NCBI GenBank assembly: GCA_000708835.1
Contig: DF237573.1
Span: 1 to 47,408 of the forward strand
DNA: 47,408 nt
Reading direction: 5' to 3'
Origin: Klebsormidium nitens
Lineage: Eukaryota; Plantae; Klebsormidiophyceae
Below are positions 11,740 to 25,236 of this stretch, piece after piece (positions within the stretch are counted from its first letter, which is position 1; every line of letters begins with the position of its first letter). Position numbers and translations under genes: made by a program. The notes under the pieces are model-generated. The model did no database searches and had not been told where the DNA came from. It was given only the letters and a program-made list of their open reading frames with translations.

Positions 11740-14700
11740 ATGCTTGGCCATGCGCGACGCTGGATGACCATAGCCATCCTGGTCACCGGCCTTGCAATCG
11801 GCGCCTGCGGCGACACACTTCCTGCAGATGGTGAGTAGCAGAAATGACCACATGTGATCTTGGGGTCGTGATTTGACAGACTGTACATGAAGCGCGAGCG
11901 GCTGCATTGCAACCTGAAACCAGCCCTTCTAGTCTCAAGGTGGGACTGAGCTGTGCCTCTTCTTTTTGGACATCCTTCTGTCAGCAGCTAATCGAGCTTC
12001 TTGGCTGCATAAATACCCTTCTTAGCATTGGTGAAGCTGCTGGAGAACCGAGTCTGTTTGACCAAGCTGCAGCACTTCCTGCACCAGAGAAGAACAGCAT
12101 GAACATGCTTTCCTGCCATGCCGGTATGGGAGATTTCCATGAGGGAGCTTCCCAAAGAAGCCTTGTTCAAGGAGCTGCGTACAACCATGTGGTTAAACCA
12201 CATCACAGACTCCTGTATGAAGGAGCTCTTTGATTCCAGAAAGGCAAAAGCGTTTTTACTAAGCAGATTGCAGACTCTGCTCATGCCTGCAATGTTTTGT
12301 CCTAATCTGCATGGCTGTTATGCTGGTTTTTATGATGTCCCCTTCATGCTCGATAGCTGACTGCTGTAAGCATCCACCAATGCTGCTGTCTTACGCATCT
12401 CAGGGTCACAACCATCTTTATAGCCCCGCTAATGTAGCCATTTCTGGCCACAATATGCTGACTGCTGCCTGTTTTACCGCAAGTTGGAGGTCTGCATCTA
12501 CATACGCATCTTCGTCAGTAGCTTCGATGTGATTTGCTAATGTGGTTCTCAAGCAGGCATCCTGGAGTCATGAAGCGATTCTGTATACAAGAGTAACAGC
12601 CATTGCAGTTTCCGTATTTCGAGGCTCTTGTCAGCTCTAGGTTTGACATCATCAGTGGCAGCTACAGTTGCCCAACCTTCCTCAATCTGGCTGAAGGTCC
12701 GAAAAAGGGTGGCCCAGGATGGAAAGGCGCAACTTGAGCTTGAAAACGATAGGCAAGGACCGTCCACATAAGCAGCAATCTGTCTGACCTTCTGTACCCC
12801 TTAGCCAAACACCAGGCTAGGTAATCCTTCAATGGCTCACAGCTCCAAGTGGTGGCTTGACAAGCAACACTGCCGGGCCTTCCTTGTGAGGAAAGCCTGG
12901 TGAATATTGAGTCTGCATCTTCCCATGCCCTGAAGTTACCACATTCGTCTTTTGCACAGTGCGTGCGCTCCAGGGCCTGCTGTCGGAGCTGGGTGCTCCG
13001 GTCACGCTGGCAGGGAGTTGGCAGGGCCAGGATCCATGTGCCACCAAGTGGCGGGGCATCGTCTGTGACATGGGCAGCCCCCAGAAGGTGGTCACCCTGT
13101 GAGTGCGGAGCTAGATGGCTATATTCAAGTTATCTCTATCCCCCACCTCTGATCTGAATGCTCACGTTGCCGTATCGCTTGGCTGCAACACTGCGCCTGC
13201 TTCTGTTCAGAAGAGTGTGGCTTGCTGGGGAACTCCAAATTGCAACCTTGAGATTTCTGTAAGTCGGGAAGCTTGAACAGCAGGTAGCTGGTGTAACTGC
13301 CAGACTGCCTATCTGCTACTTGGTCTCATCCCAGCTCTTTGTCCGTACACAGGGACCTGAGCGGCCTGCGGCTGTATGGCGCCATTCCCCCCAGCGTTGG
13401 GCTGCTGGTAAACTTGCAGAACCTGTACTTGGCACGCAATGGCTTCTCGAGGTCCATCCCGGTGGCAGTGGGCAGCCTGGGCCAGCTGCAGAGCTTCGAC
13501 GTCTCCAACAACTCGCTCTCCGGGACAGTGCCCGCCATCCTCGCAGCCCTGCCCCTCACCGCACTGTGAGCGGCATCCGCGCACCTTGCCAAGGGCCGGA
13601 TCTTCCCTGAATGTCGGAAAGAACCGGGTTCGTTTGGCTGCAATCAGTTCCTGCGAGCTGCTTCAATGCACCAAGTACCCGATCGACATTGCGTATAGGC
13701 GTCTTATGTACGACAACTACCCCATCTAAACGTTGGTGGCACACACTCAAAGAGTGGCCCGGAAGGGAGTCTGCAGTGACACCTACTAGCCACAGTAGTA
13801 GACTACCCTCGCGTGTCTCTGGAGCATATGAGCAGCGTTTCTGCAAACCTTTCTGCCCCGCTGACCTCACCAACCTCGTTTGTGCAGGTACCTGCAGGGC
13901 AACTCCTTTCTCCCCCCCCTCCCTGCTGAGCTGAACCGCATCCTCACCCTCAAGGTCGACCCCTATCTGCTTTCCGCTGCACCTGCCCCTGCCCCAGCAG
14001 AAGCCGAGCCTCTGTATGCTCCAAATCCAATTCCTAATTTGGGCGCTCCCAATCCCTTTCCTTTCCTGGGGAATCAGCCAAACTCACGTGACCCGGTCCT
14101 GGCAACAAACGGAAGCCAGACCGGCGGCCCTCTAGTCGGTAAGAGTCTGCTCTCGGAGTCGACTTCAGGTATCTCCCGCTCAGCTTCCAAATATCTCTTG
14201 CTCATCGATTAGTCCTGCCCTTGAGGTTTCCTGCTTCATACCCTTTGGACCACAGAAGGATATCCGGCAAAAGTCGCTTGACCATGCATTCCCTAGATCT
14301 GTCTGGCCCTCTCATCGAGAAAGGCAGAGAAGTGACGTCTCTGTCCGCCCCTGGGTCGAAACCTTCAATCTTCTCCCTTTTCCCCAGGCGTGCCCAGCAC
14401 AACCCCGAATGCATCTGCCGGCGGGTGCACGGAGGGTCCCTGGACCTGCTTCTGCAATGGCGGCTTGCCCGGGCAGCAGCAATGCAATGGAACACGTGGG
14501 AGCTTCGAGCCCTGCAATTGCACGGCGACCAGTAAGAGCCGGTTACCTTCGTTGCAAGCCAGGATTGATCGGCGCTTCTTTAGTAGATTCCCAACAGATT
14601 CTGCAAAGCTGAAAGGCTGATGCTTACAAAATTGCTGTAAGACCTACCTTTCAAAATGGTCATGGGGAGCTGCGGCCGTCAGCTCACCGGTTAGAGGAGC

Positions 14701-17700
14701 CCCACGACTACGCACCACGTTTCTCAAGTACTGGATGTTGCCCATCGTTGTCAAAGCCCTTGAGGGGCCACTCGGCTCCACGGTCTGGGCACGCTAAACC
14801 GCATCCGGGCCCCTCCACGTTTATAGATCTCGCTTCTGCTGACTCTCTGTGTTGCGTGCAGCGTGCATGGCCTGCCCGGCCGGCACGGTGGTGCGGCCCA
14901 CCCAGGGTCCTGCGTGCGACTGCGTGGCGGCCCTGCTGCTCCAGCTCAAGCTGCACAACGCCACGCTGAGCGCATTCACAACCGCCGACGAGAGTGCCTT
15001 TCTCACAAACCTGGCAGCCACGCTGGGGGTCCAGCCGCAGCAGGTAATACTGCTCGCACTCTGGAAACGCTGGACAACTGCGAAACTACGATTGGATGCC
15101 TCACGGTATAACCCAGTGCCCTAACGGACGCATAGACTAACCAATGGAGCAACACCTTGCACTGGTCTTGGCGGGAAAGCCGGGGTCTGTTGCCGTCCTC
15201 ATGGCGGTACTTGCCAGACTCTGGGAGACATTCTGCAACGTTCTCAACCGTCAAAAGTCACCTTTCTCTTTCACACTTCCACATTTGCACCGCTCTCACA
15301 GGGCCCTGGCTTTTCCTGCCACGTCAAACCCCTGCCGCTGACGTCACAGTTCGCAATGTCGTCTACAGTTGACGGTGTCGTTGCGCGAGGCCGGCAGCGT
15401 GATCCTCACGGTGCTACTGACTCCCCTCACCGGGCTCGCTCTGCCGACCAGTGCCGCCGCGACCGTCCGCACCACACTAGGAGCAGTGGGAAGCGACCCT
15501 GTGTACGGCCCCTATGACGTCATGCTGGTGCAAGATCAAGGCTCGTCAGGTGGGACCATTTTCCCACGTAGGGTATCCTTGCCCAAACTCGAGGCGTGTG
15601 CCACGTACACCCGCTGTAATCCTTCTAAGGTGTGCCATACGAGGCCTTGAGAAGCGTTTATCGCTCTTCATTGGATTACATTCCTCTCCCCACTAGATTT
15701 CTGTGGACGCCGCGATTCACGGGCATTAAAATCACTCGAATGGCGCACCCCTACCTCGATGGCGAAGAGGGCCAACTTAACTTTCCGGGCGTCCTCTTTC
15801 TCTGGTGCAGCGCGCGCGGTGTCGCCCTCCGCTGCTCTTGTTGCGGGCGGCCACTCGTTCGCCAAGACGACCCCCTTTTGGATCGGCATGCTGGTGCTCA
15901 ACGCGGCGGCCATCGCTAGTGTGGTAGGGGCCCTGCTGTACTGCCGCCACCGAAGGGGCAAGAAGGGCAAGCAGCTGACGTCATTCCGCCACTTCGTGCA
16001 TCACCAGCATTCCGTCAGCGCAGAGAAGCCGACCCACTCCGTCAGCCCAGCTGAGTCGGCAGGTAAGAAAGTGCTCCATTTGGCTGAGCGAATTTGAGAA
16101 CCGTCTCTCGCCTCTTCTTCCTAGTCGGCGGCCAGGCTGCATCGTTGAGAACCAGTGCATCGTACCGAAACTCTCAGAATCCAGGGACGGAAGGTCAGCA
16201 ATTTTTTACCACGACATGGGTTTCAAAACCCCTTTTCAGAAAGTTCTCATGGCGCTACTCTCCATCATTCCTGGAATCGCTCCCCAAGGACCACATCCAG
16301 ATAAATCCACATCACTGTTCTCTCCATGTTTGAAAAGACGCAAGATTCACCTTTTTGACCCGCTTCGGTTCACCTTGCAGTAGATCCAAGTCTGAACTTC
16401 AGCTTTGGCCTACGGCGCGGCTTGAGCGGCGTCCCGCACGACGAGGGCGGCCCTGACATTGTCGCCCGCTACTTCAGCTTCGACGAGCTGCACCAGGCAA
16501 CCGGCGGGTTCGACGCCTTGCACAGGATCGGCCACGGTGGCAGTTCTATAGTGTACCGGGGCAAGCTCAAGGACGGTGAGCGCACGTGGCCGCACGTAGT
16601 GCAGCTTGCGAGGCTGAAGTGGAGAACAGTCTCAATTGCTTTGTCTTCCCGAGTGGCATCTTGTGGCATGTCGTTTTTGCGCCGGCACGACGTCATGCAA
16701 GATCTTTATCGCTCTCGCGAGCACGTGCAAGCATTTGGTGTGGCTGCGCTCTTCGCAGAGGCATCCCGCATGCGAGGCCCGGGCTTTCCACAGCGCGCGT
16801 CAGAGTCTCGACTCCGGGGTCATGAGAAGATGGGTTACAAAGCTACCGCTTTCAAATCGAGGGATGGTAGACTTGCGAGGCAGGATTCTTTCTAGTTCTA
16901 TAACCTGCCCCGTCCTGCTCTTATAGAAGCCAGATCTCTGAGCTGCGCTGCTGCCCCCCTGCGTGCGCAGGCCGCACGGTGGCGGTGAAGCAGCTGAGCG
17001 TGTCGAGTTTGGCGGGCGTGGGCGACCGCGAGTTCTTGCTGGAGGTGGCGCTGCTGTCGCGGCTGCACCACTGCCACCTGGTGCAGCTCGTCGGCTACTG
17101 TGGCGATGCGCACGAGCGACTCCTCGTCTACGAGTACATGCCCGCTGGCACACTGCGCGAACACCTCAACGGTTAGCGCCGCGCCGGTCTGCTGTGCACG
17201 GCCTCAGAATCGGCTCATACATTGGCCATTGATACTTTTCTTGAAGCTACGTTGCCTTGACATGAGAACGACCTCCTAAGCTGATTCAAAGTGGTGCAAG
17301 GACTGCTCGCCTTTCTGAGGAAAACTTGGAACTTGGCAAAAACGTTCATGTCGAAAGCTTTCATGGGGATTGGATTTCTCCCGTCTGGCTATTCGTCAGA
17401 CGCCTGTCGAATTCAACGTAGGCCATCCTTGGAACGGAAACGTCCTGTTGCTGTCCTCTTGCGTGTCTTCTACTTTCTTCTGAGGCAATACCCAATCTTT
17501 CCCCTCTCAGCCAGGGCCGTCTTTCCTCCTATCAGTCTGCAAATTTCCCGCTCACGGCGTAGCTGACGTTTCATGTGTGCAGCCCCAAATGGGCGGGTGC
17601 TGGACTGGCCGACGCGGCTGCAGATCGCGCTGGGCGCGGCGCGGGGCCTGGAGTACCTGCACGAGGCCGCCAACCCGCGGGTCATCCACAGGTGCGCCCA

Positions 17701-20353
17701 TCCGCGCGCGTGCGTCTCATGTAATTGCCGGCGTTTGGCTAGGCGGACGGTGCTAGCACTACCTTTGACAACAGGCGTAAGAAGCCGATAAGGCAACGGT
17801 AGCCGCGGATGCTTTCGACCATCCTGAAGCATAGAAAAAGGACCCTGTTACGCTTTGCATTGCGACTTGGGTCCTAAAAACGAGGTGGAAAGATTGCCGT
17901 GGACGACCTCTGTGCAAGGTCCTTCTGAAAGAAAGGCTGATGGATCGTCTTCGCCTTGTACAGGGACTTCAAGAGCTCGAACATCCTTCTAGATAAGAAG
18001 CTGCGGGCCAAGGTGCGTGTCAATTGTTCCGCCTCTGCTCGTATAATGAATAGTCACATCAGGTCAGCTGGTTGCACGGCCCCAATTTAGGAAAGGAAAA
18101 CGAAGTTGCAAGCCCTATGAGTTTTAGCGACAAAAATAACAAAAGTGAATAAAATAATGTTTTGGCAACTTAATCGACAGCCAAAGTGCAGAAACATGCG
18201 CATGTCTCCCCCCCTTTCTCGCGCCTTCTCAGTTTGCGCCGTGCTGACCGGTGCGCTCGCGCGCTGCTGGCCGCAGGTGTCCGACTTCGGCATGGCCAAG
18301 CAGATGGCGGAGGGCAGCCCGCTCGCGTCGCCGCACCTGACGCAGGTGCTCGGCACCTTCGGCTACTTCGCGCCAGAGTACGCCATGATGGGGCGGGCCA
18401 CCACCAAGGTGCGCACAGTTGCTAGGCGACGCCATCCCCATTTTATGCGAACTTCGTCTCGAACGCTACGCTTTACTTCTAATGTGGCCTGACATTTTGG
18501 AAGCATATGGTCGTCTGAAGCGAAAGCTACGTGTGCGCACGAAGATTGTGGACCCGTACTAAGGTGCTGACGCATACTCTCGCTGACGGGTCACGGGAGT
18601 CCCGTTCGTGGTGCAGAGCGACATCTTCAGCTTTGGCGTTGTTCTCCTGGAGCTCATCAGCGGGCGGGCCCCGGTGGACATGTCCCGGCCGAGGGGCCAG
18701 GAGAGCCTCGTGTTGTGGGTGAGTGTACCGGTCAAACTTTTCTGGTGGGCTTGCGGAAACGGATCACAAGGAAATCAGCGGTCGCATGTAATTCTCGCAC
18801 AAGCGGACATCAGGCCAGGCCGCAGTTGGGGGAGGTAGCATATTGATTCTGCTTCCGGGATCTATACGGAAGCCTCCTTGTCCGCTAAAGCGGCCTGCGT
18901 TCCGTGTAGCCCGCATCCTCTCAGTCGCCTGCGTTTTTCTTCTCGACATCCTCCGCTTCTCATTGAGATTCAAGTGCGAGCTTAGAGCGGTCAATCAACA
19001 CAGGATGTCAAGAGATTGTATCCGGTCTCCGTGTCCACGTAAAGTCCTCTTGCACGACGGAGACCGCTCGCGCCTCCACGTTGCTTTCCCGGCTTCCTCC
19101 GGCATCAGTCTCTCAAACTCTCTCTCTAAGTCCCCCTTCGCCCCCTTCGTGTGCCCCGCCAGGCGTCCCCCCTGCTGCACGACGAGCAGCGCGTGCTGGC
19201 GGAGGTGGCGGACCCGGGCCTGGCGGGCCGCTTCTCCCCGCAGGACCTGCAGCGCCTCGCGCTCCTCGCGCTCGCCTGCCTGCAGCCCGACCCCGAGCAG
19301 CGGCCACGCATGCCCGCCGTCGTGCAGGTCAGCCACGCCCGGCTGCCGCGGAGAGCAGGCTGGATGCACTCCTGCCTGCGCAACCGCTGTTGCTAAAGAG
19401 AGTCCTTCCATGTCATAAAGCTTACCGGGATTGCATGGAATTGCGCTCGCTATTGAATCGTAAGCGTCCGAGGCACGCGTCTGATCGTTTGTCCCGGGCA
19501 AGCCGAAAGCGGTCAGTGGCAGTGAGTCTACCGAAGGTGCATTCAGATGAGCCGAACTTCGCGTCTGTTGTTTGTACTGCTGCGCTGAGAATTTGACTCA
19601 AGTTGAAAACACGCCAAACAACAGTCCTTGAGCCCTGAACCGCCTCAAATGGCAGCCGCTCGGCATCGCGCCGGCTCTAGTCTTCGTGGCACGTTCTCAC
19701 ACATTGATTTGGGCTGTGCAGTCCATCCAGACGCTGCTCCCTGAGAACCAGCCCGCCCGGAGCGGGCCCTCCAGCTGGGCCAGGGAGGTCAGCGACAGGG
19801 TGAGCCGAACGCACCGACGTCGCGTCGCCTGACATGTCCGCGAACAGCATCTGGAGCCTTTTAAAGAAGCCGCCCCAAATGTCTCTTTCTGCCGCCTCGC
19901 TACGTTCGTGACTCGCTGTCATTGAGTTTTTTCAATTGCGCCCCGCGTTTTAAAAGGGGGCCCAGTATCACATCTGTTTCCGCGCCTCCTGTGCTGCTGC
20001 ATTTCGGGTGCTTCAGACTTAACGGGCCGCGTATGTGTTGCCGCGCGCAGCTGACCCAGAGCTTCGACCCGCCCGCCTCGCGGCGCAGCAGCTGGGGCAA
20101 GCGCGGCATGGCGCGGCCGCTCGTGTCGGGCGCCAGCGCGTCCACCTCGTCGCATAGCTCAGCATCCCCCTCCCAGGTTAGCGGGAAACACGCACTCGGG
20201 CAGCGACGAGCGTGGCGCTTGCTCCGAATTAGCGGGTATCTGTGTTGAGCTGCTCTCTGAGCGCCACCTTTTCAGAGTAATGTCCACAACCCCGTTTGGC
20301 ACGGGCACTTATTCACCAATCCAGAACGTGTACCTCTCAGCGGCCCCACTTGA
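11740..20353 (+). CDS. Receptor-like kinase (Pelle/RLK, Extensin subfamily-like): signal peptide, LRRNT + ~4 LRR, Pro-rich linker, Cys-rich WxCxC segment, ALE2-type ectodomain, TM, NCRK-like RD kinase (~890 aa)
   Basis: Exons: 11740-11830, 12960-13098, 13353-13565, 13888-14138, 14388-14531, 14862-15043, 15369-15549, 15811-16062, 16381-16575, 16971-17171, 17583-17691, 17964-18012, 18277-18408, 18617-18718, 19163-19327, 19722(or 19731)-19799, 20051-20176, then an uncertain terminal exon (20276-20353 is one option). Motifs: [55 protein letters not shown] followed by [43 protein letters not shown]. Confidence 0.92.
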
Positions 20354-22257
20354 AAGAGAGGTTGAAGCAGAGTCCGGCCCACTCAGGTTACTGACATGGA
20401 GATACCACTCTTGCGTCTTTTTCTGGGGACTGGGCTCGTTGATTGCTGTGCACCGATGCCTTCGAAGTCCTGGTTTTTAAAGTACTCATTCTTGCTGCGT
20501 TTGTTGGAAGGTGAAGACTTGAGGCTTGTGCCTTCAGAGGCACACAGAACCGTTCAATGATGCGTGAAATAGTTTAAGTCGCTGACTCAGGGAAGAGTTA
20601 AGCTTCAAGAGACCAGCTGCCTGTAAATCGTGGTCCGTTGCTTCTTGCAGACGTCCGACCAGAAGTCGACGAGCAGTATTGGAGAAGCGATACGAAAGAC
20701 CTGGGTGGAGGTTACAAGCAAGCTGAAACCAGAGGACGGCTCACAGGCTTAGGTGAAACGATCGTTACCGTACACTTTTCTAACCATGGCTACTGCAGAA
20801 GGCTGCCATTGGGCCCGAGTCCTAGAACATAAGGTCAACGTTTCCAATGTAACGGTCCAACAAAATTCGGTCTAACCGTCACACGGTAGAAAGGCGAATC
20901 GATCACGTCGTCGACAATTTCGGCCTCTTTGATACATTGTCTGGCTACACAAGAGCTAATCAATCTAACGTAGTGTCTTCCAGGTGCTTACAGTAAAAGA
21001 AGCGTACGGAGGGGTGGACCAAGCAAGCAAATCCATCATGTGCATACCGTACATTCTTCTTGACTTAGCTAAGTACAGCAGAACAAACCCTGAAAGTGTT
21101 ACCTTGAAGGTTGCATTGCGACGTCATCCATGAAGCATTTTAGACGTCCGCCTTAAACCACAGCCGCACATCCGTTGCTCGGGCAACATCGTACTCATAT
21201 TTTCTCAGTGGCGAAGTGGACAGAGTTCGGCCGTGTATGTGGTCGCCGCCCGTACGTTCAACACCTACCTGTACGCTTATGGAAGCAGGAGGGGTCCCGG
21301 GGCGCCTCGCCTAGCGGCCGCCGCCCCTGCTGGCCCGTGGCACACCGGGTTGGCCTGGGCGGCGGCAGTGACAATTGCCAATCAAGTGCACACTACTTAT
21401 GCCGATCTGCATGAAGACACATGCATATATTCGTTAAAGGGATGCGCAATCGAATGAGTATATGGCCGGAACGAGCGGGCGGCCAACCGTTCCGAGTTCG
21501 TCCATTCAAGCACGTTTGGCAATGTATACTATTACGGTCCGTCTAATGAGTCCACGTATATAATTAGACGGCATGGGCGGCCGCCGCCACCATGCAAGAT
21601 TATACGCTTCAAAATTGCCCTAGGTTTAGCCCGCCGCGCGGGCTTAACTTGATCATGTGTAAGGGCGAGACTCGTGCACAGCGCGCAATCGTACTAGGAG
21701 TTGCATGGATATGGCTGGCAGCTTAGTAGCCCAAATTCTGCTATAGCTGATCGAATTTCCAACTCGCCAACTTTGAGGAGTTAAAAACTCATGGCATGTT
21801 GGCAAAACGAGCGTAGGAGCATCAGCGCCCGGGCCGTCAGCGAGTTTGCCTCCTTCGACTCGCGACACAATCGCTGTTGCCCCGTTGTCCCCACTGAGTA
21901 AGCGATGCACTCGCGTATCATTACTGGATAACGCCCGGATGTGGGGTCAGATCAGAGATCGCGGGCCATCCCCGCTAGGCCGCTGGTACTGGCCCGCGCG
22001 GCACGCCATGACGAGCTGCGCGGCGCCAGCGCGACCACTCAGAGTCAACGAGCGCACGCGCTCCGACGGGTTTAGACGGTCACGTCCAGCGCGGCCGCGC
22101 GGCCGTGCATCTTTCAGTGTGCGCGGCCCCGGCCGTCCCTTGTAAATGCGCAAGCGGCCGCGCGGCTGCATGATCGAGTTTTGAGGCCCGGGTGAAGCCT
22201 GTTGTGGCTGATACCTTCAGGCAATTTCTGACCGGAGCGGCAAGCCTGAAAGCCATC

Positions 22258-23214
22258 ATGGATGAGCCGGCTGCAAGTGGACCTTGCGACTCGCTACCAG
22301 ACGAAGTCCTGCTTCTCATTCTCTGTAGGCTCGCTGTGCAGGACCCTCCTTCCCTGCTTGCGGCGACCGTTGCGTCAAGGACCTTTGACAGGCTGGCGCC
22401 GCCTCAGTCCGCGCTCTGGAAACACGTCTTCTACAAGGAGGTGCAGGCGTCGCCTCCGTATGACTCCTTCGAAGCACGCGCGCTTGAGAAAGAGATCGAG
22501 GATTTCGGTGGATACAAGAGTCTCTTTGTAGCTCATGTGAAGGTGGACTCACATTCGTCCTCTTCCAGGAGCCGCAATCTGAACAAACACAGTGAAAGTC
22601 CTGATGTGGAGATTTCCACATTCTTGTATCTGATGCGGACACGGGATGGCCGTCTCTTTTTCTGGGGAGGGGGGACGGAAGGAGAGAGTAGCAAGCGGGG
22701 CACGCTGCTGACCACCGGAGAAAAACGCTTCCCCTTTAGCGCCCAACTGCATCCTCTCGTTCGAAATGCAGAAATACGAGAGCTGACGCACGGTAGGCGT
22801 TGGGAGCCATCTCTCACTCTGGTTTATTAGAAGTCGACTGTCAAGGCTGCGTCCGGGCAAGAAGGTGCCCGGGTAAGGGTCTGGACCATGACCCTGTCCC
22901 TTAATCTCTACCTCCAAGCTACGTTAGACTGGAAACCCCTTCCGAGGCGTGACCCAACCGTCAAGACACACCCCACGTGTCTGAATTACCCAGGGCATCA
23001 CCGCACCAAGCTCTGCTTGTGCAACAAGATGGACTACGGAGTCAGCTTGGGGAGCAAGCACGAGAACGTGAGCTACTGCACGCTCGGCGGCGAAATTGAC
23101 CTCGGAGGGACGGCCCATGCAGAAACCTTTCCCGTCATGGATCTGCGCGATTGGTACTTTTGGAAGGAAGCTTCTGAAAGGAGAGCGGAGAAACTTGTAA
23201 GATTGCACAAGTAG
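22258..23214 (+). pseudogene. Intronless F-box protein gene, copy A, interrupted by an in-frame TAG at 22828-22830
   Basis: N-terminal F-box-like motif CDSLPDEVLLLILCRL. ORFs 22192-22830 and 22888-23214 are in the same frame. The TAG aligns with Gln in copy B (WEPSLTLVY*KSTV vs WEPYLGYIFQRSTV), and homology continues to PVMDLRDWYF. Confidence 0.85.
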
Positions 23215-23899
23215 CAGATCCCGGCCCTTTGTAGTATTTTGCAAGAAAGACATGTATTCTGCAAGTCGATCGAACATTTAGATCCATTCAGACCTCTTTC
23301 CGGTTCTCACGTTGGTGAAGGCATCTTTTTCTCGACTAGGTCCTTGTTCCTATGCACTGCACATAAGCTGTTTGAGGACTCAAAGCGGCATCTATGAGCA
23401 AAGTGAGCGGATTGTGGAGTCCACGGATTCGTCTCAGTGTTCCGATCCTTTCTGGAAGCCCGACTTTTGTGGCATCATCTCTGCGCCCCGCAAGCTTGCT
23501 CTGTGTCATACATAAGCTCTGCAGTACACCAGCTAGCTATTGGAGAAGGCATATATTTCCTTGCGACTGGCAGCGTTTTTTCGATAAGCAATCTCCCCAT
23601 CTAGAGGCCAATCATGTGATGTGATTAAGGCACGATTGAACTTTATCCGGAAGGCTATACATACCGGAAGACACATGGGAATATAAGGTTGATTTGCCAA
23701 TCCATCTTCGCCTGCTTACGATATATCAGCTATACATGGAGGCAAACCGTATAAGGTAACCGTATAGGACCCGGGTTTCAGTTCGGGCGATATGCCTCAT
23801 ATCTTTCGGGTTGATTGCACGCATGTTCCACGTATCAACTGCCGCCTACACGTGGGTCCAATCATATAGCCACTGAGAATTTTTTTAGTGCTCAACGTA

Positions 23900-24975
23900 C
23901 TCAATTTTGCTTGCCGCGTGATCCGCTGCATGAGTGTGCTGATCGCGGGCTACTAGCACGGTCGACTGTGTCAATAAGCCTGTTAGACGAGAAAGCTTAG
24001 AAAGCATCCTAATTCGCCTGAACATACAACCTGTTTTTATCTAGCAATGTGCTGCCATAATTCTACGACGATATTAAGTTTGACGTGAGCCGCCGACCTG
24101 GTTAGATTGCTGAATGTGCGCTACGTCTCCTTCTTGAAATTGAAATCATGGACGATTGCGCGGTCAGTATTTAAAAGAATTTGTCTGTTTTGAGTATGAC
24201 AACAGCCCTCTGAATCTTTCCAGCTCGGCCATGCTTTTTGGGCCATAGGCTGGCTGCTTCGCCATCAAATGCTTGGAACAAGTCTGGATCGCTTGCTCCA
24301 TCTTCAATCACCTGTTCATCTACGATAGTTGACGTGATCCGCTGAAAGCTCTTCCTTTCTTCGCCGAGATTTTCCTGCTTGTTGAACCCCTATAATGGCT
24401 TCCAGGTGTCCTGCTTCGCATGCCGTTTTGTCGTTCTGGCCGCTCTTTTCATTGGCATCCTCACCCATCGGTCTGCTTTCACCTCCATTCCTCTCCGCAT
24501 CTCTCTTGAGGAGCCTCTCAAAACGTTCGCTCCACGAAAATGAACCCCTGAGGCAGTTGCGCTGATGTCTGTCCCGCCCTTTTCTTCCTGATGAGCTCTA
24601 TCAACAGCTATCTAAAAGTCACGCGTCTCTGGGTCTGCTCCGTTCCCCGCGCTCGGTGCTCGACTCGACGTTCGCTCGCTCGCCCATCATCTGAATCTGC
24701 CGGCAAAGAAGAGCGTCTTTCCTCCCCATATATCACTTAGAATTTGCTCTTTTCCGGTAAACTACTGAAGAGCTACCTCTAGTCGCTAATCCTGAAGCCG
24801 TGTCCCTAAGAATCTCGGTGTTCCGCTTCGACTTTCTTTTTTTGCGTCCCACCCTTCTCGTTCCCCGCATAGATGCCGTCCTCTTCGAAGCTGATGCTTC
24901 CTGGCGCCCCTCGTCAACCTCAGACACGATGATCGCCTGACAGCTTCCAACACCAGCCTTTCAATGAGAAGAAGA
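23900..24975 (-). pseudogene. Decayed duplicate of the 3' exon(s) and intron of the uncharacterised gene at 27032-31016
   Basis: Nucleotide homology to ~26960-28070 with several frameshifts (e.g. IVSEVDEG...EDGIYAGNE vs IVSEIDEG...DDGIYAENE). No upstream exons are present. Confidence 0.8.
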
Positions 24976-25236
24976 AGCAAGCAGAGCCTCGCAGCGGGCA
25001 CGCGCGGCTTTCCGCCGGCGCCAGACCGGCGGGGGCCCGGAAAATGGTAAAGCGCGGCCGCCGCGCGTGCTTTTACAGTGAGTCTACCGCGCGAGCCGCC
25101 GGGCGGCACGCTTCTGGACAGTGCGCAACCGGCCGCCCCGCTGCGGTCGTATTGGCCCGTCGTCTCTGACTTGAACAAAAAGAGATGTCTACTCAATCAG
25201 CCGTTTGGACGTTGTGAAGTCATAGGCAGTTCGTGA

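Noticed and set aside
11900-12900. Coding-like ORF fragments in the 1.1-kb RLK intron 1 as a decayed transposon
   Set aside because: No transposase or RT motif, TIR or TSD could be recognised.
13603-13630. LRR-like peptide SLNVGKNR just after RLK exon 3
   Set aside because: It lies in a different frame inside intron 13566-13887 with no acceptor. The next true exon (LYLQGN) continues the repeat.
1328-20353. Prokaryotic two-component operon interpretation
   Set aside because: Both kinases are split by numerous phase-consistent spliceosomal introns, and the second is a Pelle-family eukaryotic kinase.
22822-22830. GT...AG around the F-box A stop as a rescuing intron (similarly around the Fanzor TAG at 44974)
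   Set aside because: Only 9 nt and 24 nt respectively, far below the intron sizes seen in this window.
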